From NCBI GenBank assembly GCA_000025185.1, contig CP001848.1, positions 1,230,001 through 1,262,000 of the forward strand: a stretch of DNA of 32,000 bases. Direction: 5' to 3'. This DNA comes from Pirellula staleyi DSM 6068. Lineage in GTDB: Bacteria > Planctomycetota > Planctomycetia > Pirellulales > Pirellulaceae. The position numbers and the translations under genes were made by a program. The notes beneath the pieces were generated by a model, which was given only the letters and a program-made list of their open reading frames with translations, searched no databases and had not been told where the DNA came from. Shown piece after piece: positions 31,627 to 32,000 of the stretch; the stretch's first letter is position 1; every line of letters begins with the position of its first letter.

Positions 31627-31745
31627 TCGACTACGGCTCGAGCTTTGCCGTGTGGCACTGGACTTTGCTGGGTGGCTACTAACTGGCTTGTCCAGCAGTG
31701 AGAAACGCCGCCTGGATCGATGGAGGTCGACTACGGCTCGAGCTT
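31627..31745. repeat. Exact 19-nt direct repeat TCGACTACGGCTCGAGCTT at exactly 100-bp spacing (31627-31645 and 31727-31745)
   Basis: Read directly from the sequence, with mismatches immediately outside both ends. The second copy covers the last four codons (KLEP) and the TAG of the minus-strand gene ending at 31731. Confidence 0.9.
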
Positions 31746-32000
31746 CGTCTCAGGGGCGATGCCACCGACATCGGGCTCGACCGGCGCGCTCTCCGAATCG
31801 GGTGGCAGTGGTGGAGGCATCATTTTCTCGAGCGGCTCTTCCATCTCGATCACCGGTGGAAGCGTCGCGCCGGAAGCATCGCCGAGCTTATCTCCCAAGG
31901 CTCGATCGATCAGCTTGCGAAGCTCGGCAGCGATGTCGACCGGGGGTGGATCTTGCTCCACTTCCGCCTTGTCGGACAGCTCTTTGCACTTGGCAATGAA
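31731..32000 (-). CDS. 3' end of a gene truncated by the window edge (acidic, Pro-rich C-terminal tail)
   Basis: The track ORF 31731..31961 starts at a GTG, but the frame stays open to nt 32000 (...FIAKCKELSDKAEVEQDPPP...). The true start therefore lies outside the window. Product unknown. Confidence 0.5.
   Translation of the reverse strand, partial: FIAKCKELSDKAEVEQDPPPVDIAAELRKLIDRALGDKLGDASGATLPPVIEMEEPLEKMMPPPLPPDSESAPVEPDVGGIAPETKLEP

Noticed and set aside
1-32000. Searched the whole window for CRISPR-like spaced repeats, IS/transposase or integrase genes, prophage modules, toxin-antitoxin pairs, reverse transcriptases and known defence-system hallmarks
   Set aside because: None seen. 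The only multi-copy sequences are the cyclophilin duplication, the in-frame PAAEA repeat, the 12-nt intercistronic repeats and the 19-nt direct repeat. No ORF shows nuclease/helicase/RT/recombinase motifs apart from PolX.

Overview
GC-rich (high-50s % by eye), densely coding chromosomal segment. It reads like core genome of a Planctomycetota (Pirellulales-like) bacterium. That placement is inference, from an N-terminal RFSLRTLL-type membrane-anchor motif, Pro/Ala/Glu-rich linkers after signal peptides, a YdjY-like secreted protein and cyclophilins fused to helical N-domains. I support 26 protein-coding genes, plus one low-confidence small ORF and one gene fragment. Gene order: GNAT-like acyltransferase (-), extended-SDR epimerase (+), HSD10-like SDR (-), two tandem secreted cyclophilin paralogs (-), rsmD (+), type-2 pyrF (+), small Tyr-rich secreted protein (-), 346-aa secreted orphan (+). 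Next comes a TetR-headed DevCAB/MacAB-type ABC exporter (permease, ATPase, HlyD adaptor; all -). Then an NPP/alkaline-phosphatase-superfamily enzyme and a GT4 glycosyltransferase (+). A minus-strand string follows, listed by coordinate: serine hydrolase, PolX, DRG-like TGS GTPase, S9B DPP-IV-like peptidase, 191-aa orphan, YdjY-like protein. The window ends with an LRR protein (+), a 619-aa orphan (+), yggS-yggU (+) and a truncated minus-strand gene at the right edge. Many ORF-track starts are upstream TTG/GTG codons, so I moved several starts to internal ATGs backed by signal peptides, family-typical N-termini or Shine-Dalgarno-like sequences. I found no rRNA, tRNA, CRISPR array, transposase, integrase, phage or recognisable defence genes. 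I found no convincing novel multi-gene system, and most of the window looks like ordinary housekeeping or envelope genes. Items worth a second look: a DRG-type GTPase whose G3 motif reads DTPP; the duplicated Cys-bearing cyclophilins; an 18%-tyrosine small secreted protein; a 563-nt GC-rich non-coding gap; structured leader and intercistronic repeats in the ABC operon; three orphan proteins; an orphan RFSLR anchor fragment; and an exact 19-nt direct repeat at 100-bp spacing. All family assignments rest on motif recognition by eye. No database search was run.
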